From Hydrolagus affinis (lineage: Eukaryota), in contig JAAILG010001242.1 in the NCBI GenBank assembly GCA_012026655.1, forward strand, positions 1 to 64,000: DNA of 64,000 nt, given 5' to 3'. The notes under the pieces are model-generated. The model had not been told where the DNA came from. It saw only the letters and a list, made by a program, of their open reading frames with translations, and did not search any database. Of this stretch, positions 62,845 through 64,000 are shown in pieces; the first letter of the stretch is position 1; each line of letters begins with the position of its first letter. A program made the translations under genes and the position numbers.

Positions 62845-63008
62845 TAAATATGTGTGGCAAATAGTGGATCACCCAAAATAAAAATTGGGTTTAAACAGTA
62901 TTTTGGGCGCATTCACCCACATAGTCACTTCACTTTACAGTGTATCCTGAGAAGCATTTTGAGACCTTCTCTCAACATGAAAGATGCTGAATCAAATCAT
63001 ATTATTAT
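62845..63008 (+). mobile_element. Diverged Deu-type SINE 3' fragment
   Basis: TTCACCCAC...TTCACTTTACAGTGTATCCTGAGAAGCATTTTGAGAC...TGAAAG...ATTATT. Confidence 0.6.
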
Positions 63009-64000
63009 AAAGACTTCCTAGTGATTTATTCTCTTTCTCTCTCCTCTCTGTAGCTTTCCAGTACTTTATACTGCAACTTTATTTTTAAAATTTGAGCATC
63101 AATAACATGTCATTTTGTAAAAATTGCGATTATTTTTTCCATTCAAAACATTCTATACACGTGTAACATCTTCTCAGCTAACAAAAGCTTCATGACTATT
63201 TAAAAATATATATAATTGCTGAATTGACCGTTCAGATTTATCTCATGAGGTCAACTCAACCGCACGCATTGAAAAGGCAGCAAGACATTACATTACAGGG
63301 TGACACCAATCCAGGGGAATAGGATGGTTGAAAATATAGAAAAATATAGAAGAACACAAATCACTTCCCTGTTAAGTAACGAGTTGTCATTAAAACTAAT
63401 CAAAAACAAGAGATAACCTAGTATTCAATTGTTCAATGAATAAAATGGTTTTAAAAACACATTCCTGCAAATGAACATCAACGAGAATAATAATAGGAAA
63501 CGGATCATCGCTAATATAAGGTTAAGAACAAGGTTTGGTCCACGGCCACAGGTTCCTAACCTTTAATTATGGCCACACATGTCTGGTAGTGGCACATAAA
63601 ATGATGACACAGATTCATTAAATGTTTTATCAGGTCCTTTCTCCTATTGTTTATCTACACTTTCTATGGTAACCATCAGCAGCCCTGCTGTCGTTGCTTG
63701 TAGTCATGGAAATCATGGCTAGCCAATCTGACAACTTGCTAATCATGTGCACTTTTAATATCTGCAGAGCCCGTCTCGATCACTCTTGTGGTTTTTCACA
63801 GTTGGTCTTTCTCTTTGTTATCAGTAGTAAAGCTGCCGAAAAAAGCATCGAGTTTCAGTTGTCACTCATTTTATATAATTGATCGAGCTTAATAGTTTTC
63901 CCAAATCCTGGGATTATTGTAACCGAATGCGATGTTTGGAAGCTTGAATGGAATTTATTGGTGTGAAGAGAAAATAACACATCTGTATTTTGTTTTGTTT

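Noticed and set aside
63660-63720. RFX X-box-like motif (TTTCTATGGTAAC) suggesting a downstream promoter
   Set aside because: Single imperfect motif with no CpG island or exon support within the window.
1-64000. CRISPR array, operon or prokaryotic defence-type system
   Set aside because: The window is spliced vertebrate DNA; the recurring sequences are dispersed SINE/LINE copies, not regularly spaced repeat-spacer units.

Overview
This is a vertebrate (not prokaryotic) genomic window. Its repeat content suggests a cartilaginous fish, probably a chimaera such as Callorhinchus; that is inferred, not shown. It contains the last two coding exons and probable 3' UTR of cytochrome b5 type B (CYB5B, + strand), followed by almost the whole NFAT5/TonEBP gene (+ strand). 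I reconstructed 12 NFAT5 coding exons from 27780 to 53976 with GT-AG boundaries and consistent phases: 4568 coding nt, about 1522 aa. The first coding exon is not visible and probably lies in the 100-N gap at 8225-8324 next to a CpG-rich promoter region. A probable ~8.5 kb terminal 3'-UTR exon runs to a poly(A) signal at 62737. The introns carry many tRNA-headed Deu-type SINEs, L2 and CR1 LINE 3' ends, older Deu-domain relics, a palindromic Tc2-like MITE and a hAT MITE with a perfect 8-bp TSD. I found no evidence for a wholly new multi-gene system. The most interesting signals are in NFAT5: (1) a regular ~24-aa degenerate tandem repeat underlying the Q-rich C-terminal domain; (2) absence of three mammalian regulatory features (the lipidated NFAT5a start, Tyr143, the second NLS basic cluster); (3) a candidate 9-nt microexon; (4) inverted SINE pairs that could drive back-splicing. 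Comparisons with human proteins and repeat families are from recalled knowledge; no database search was run.
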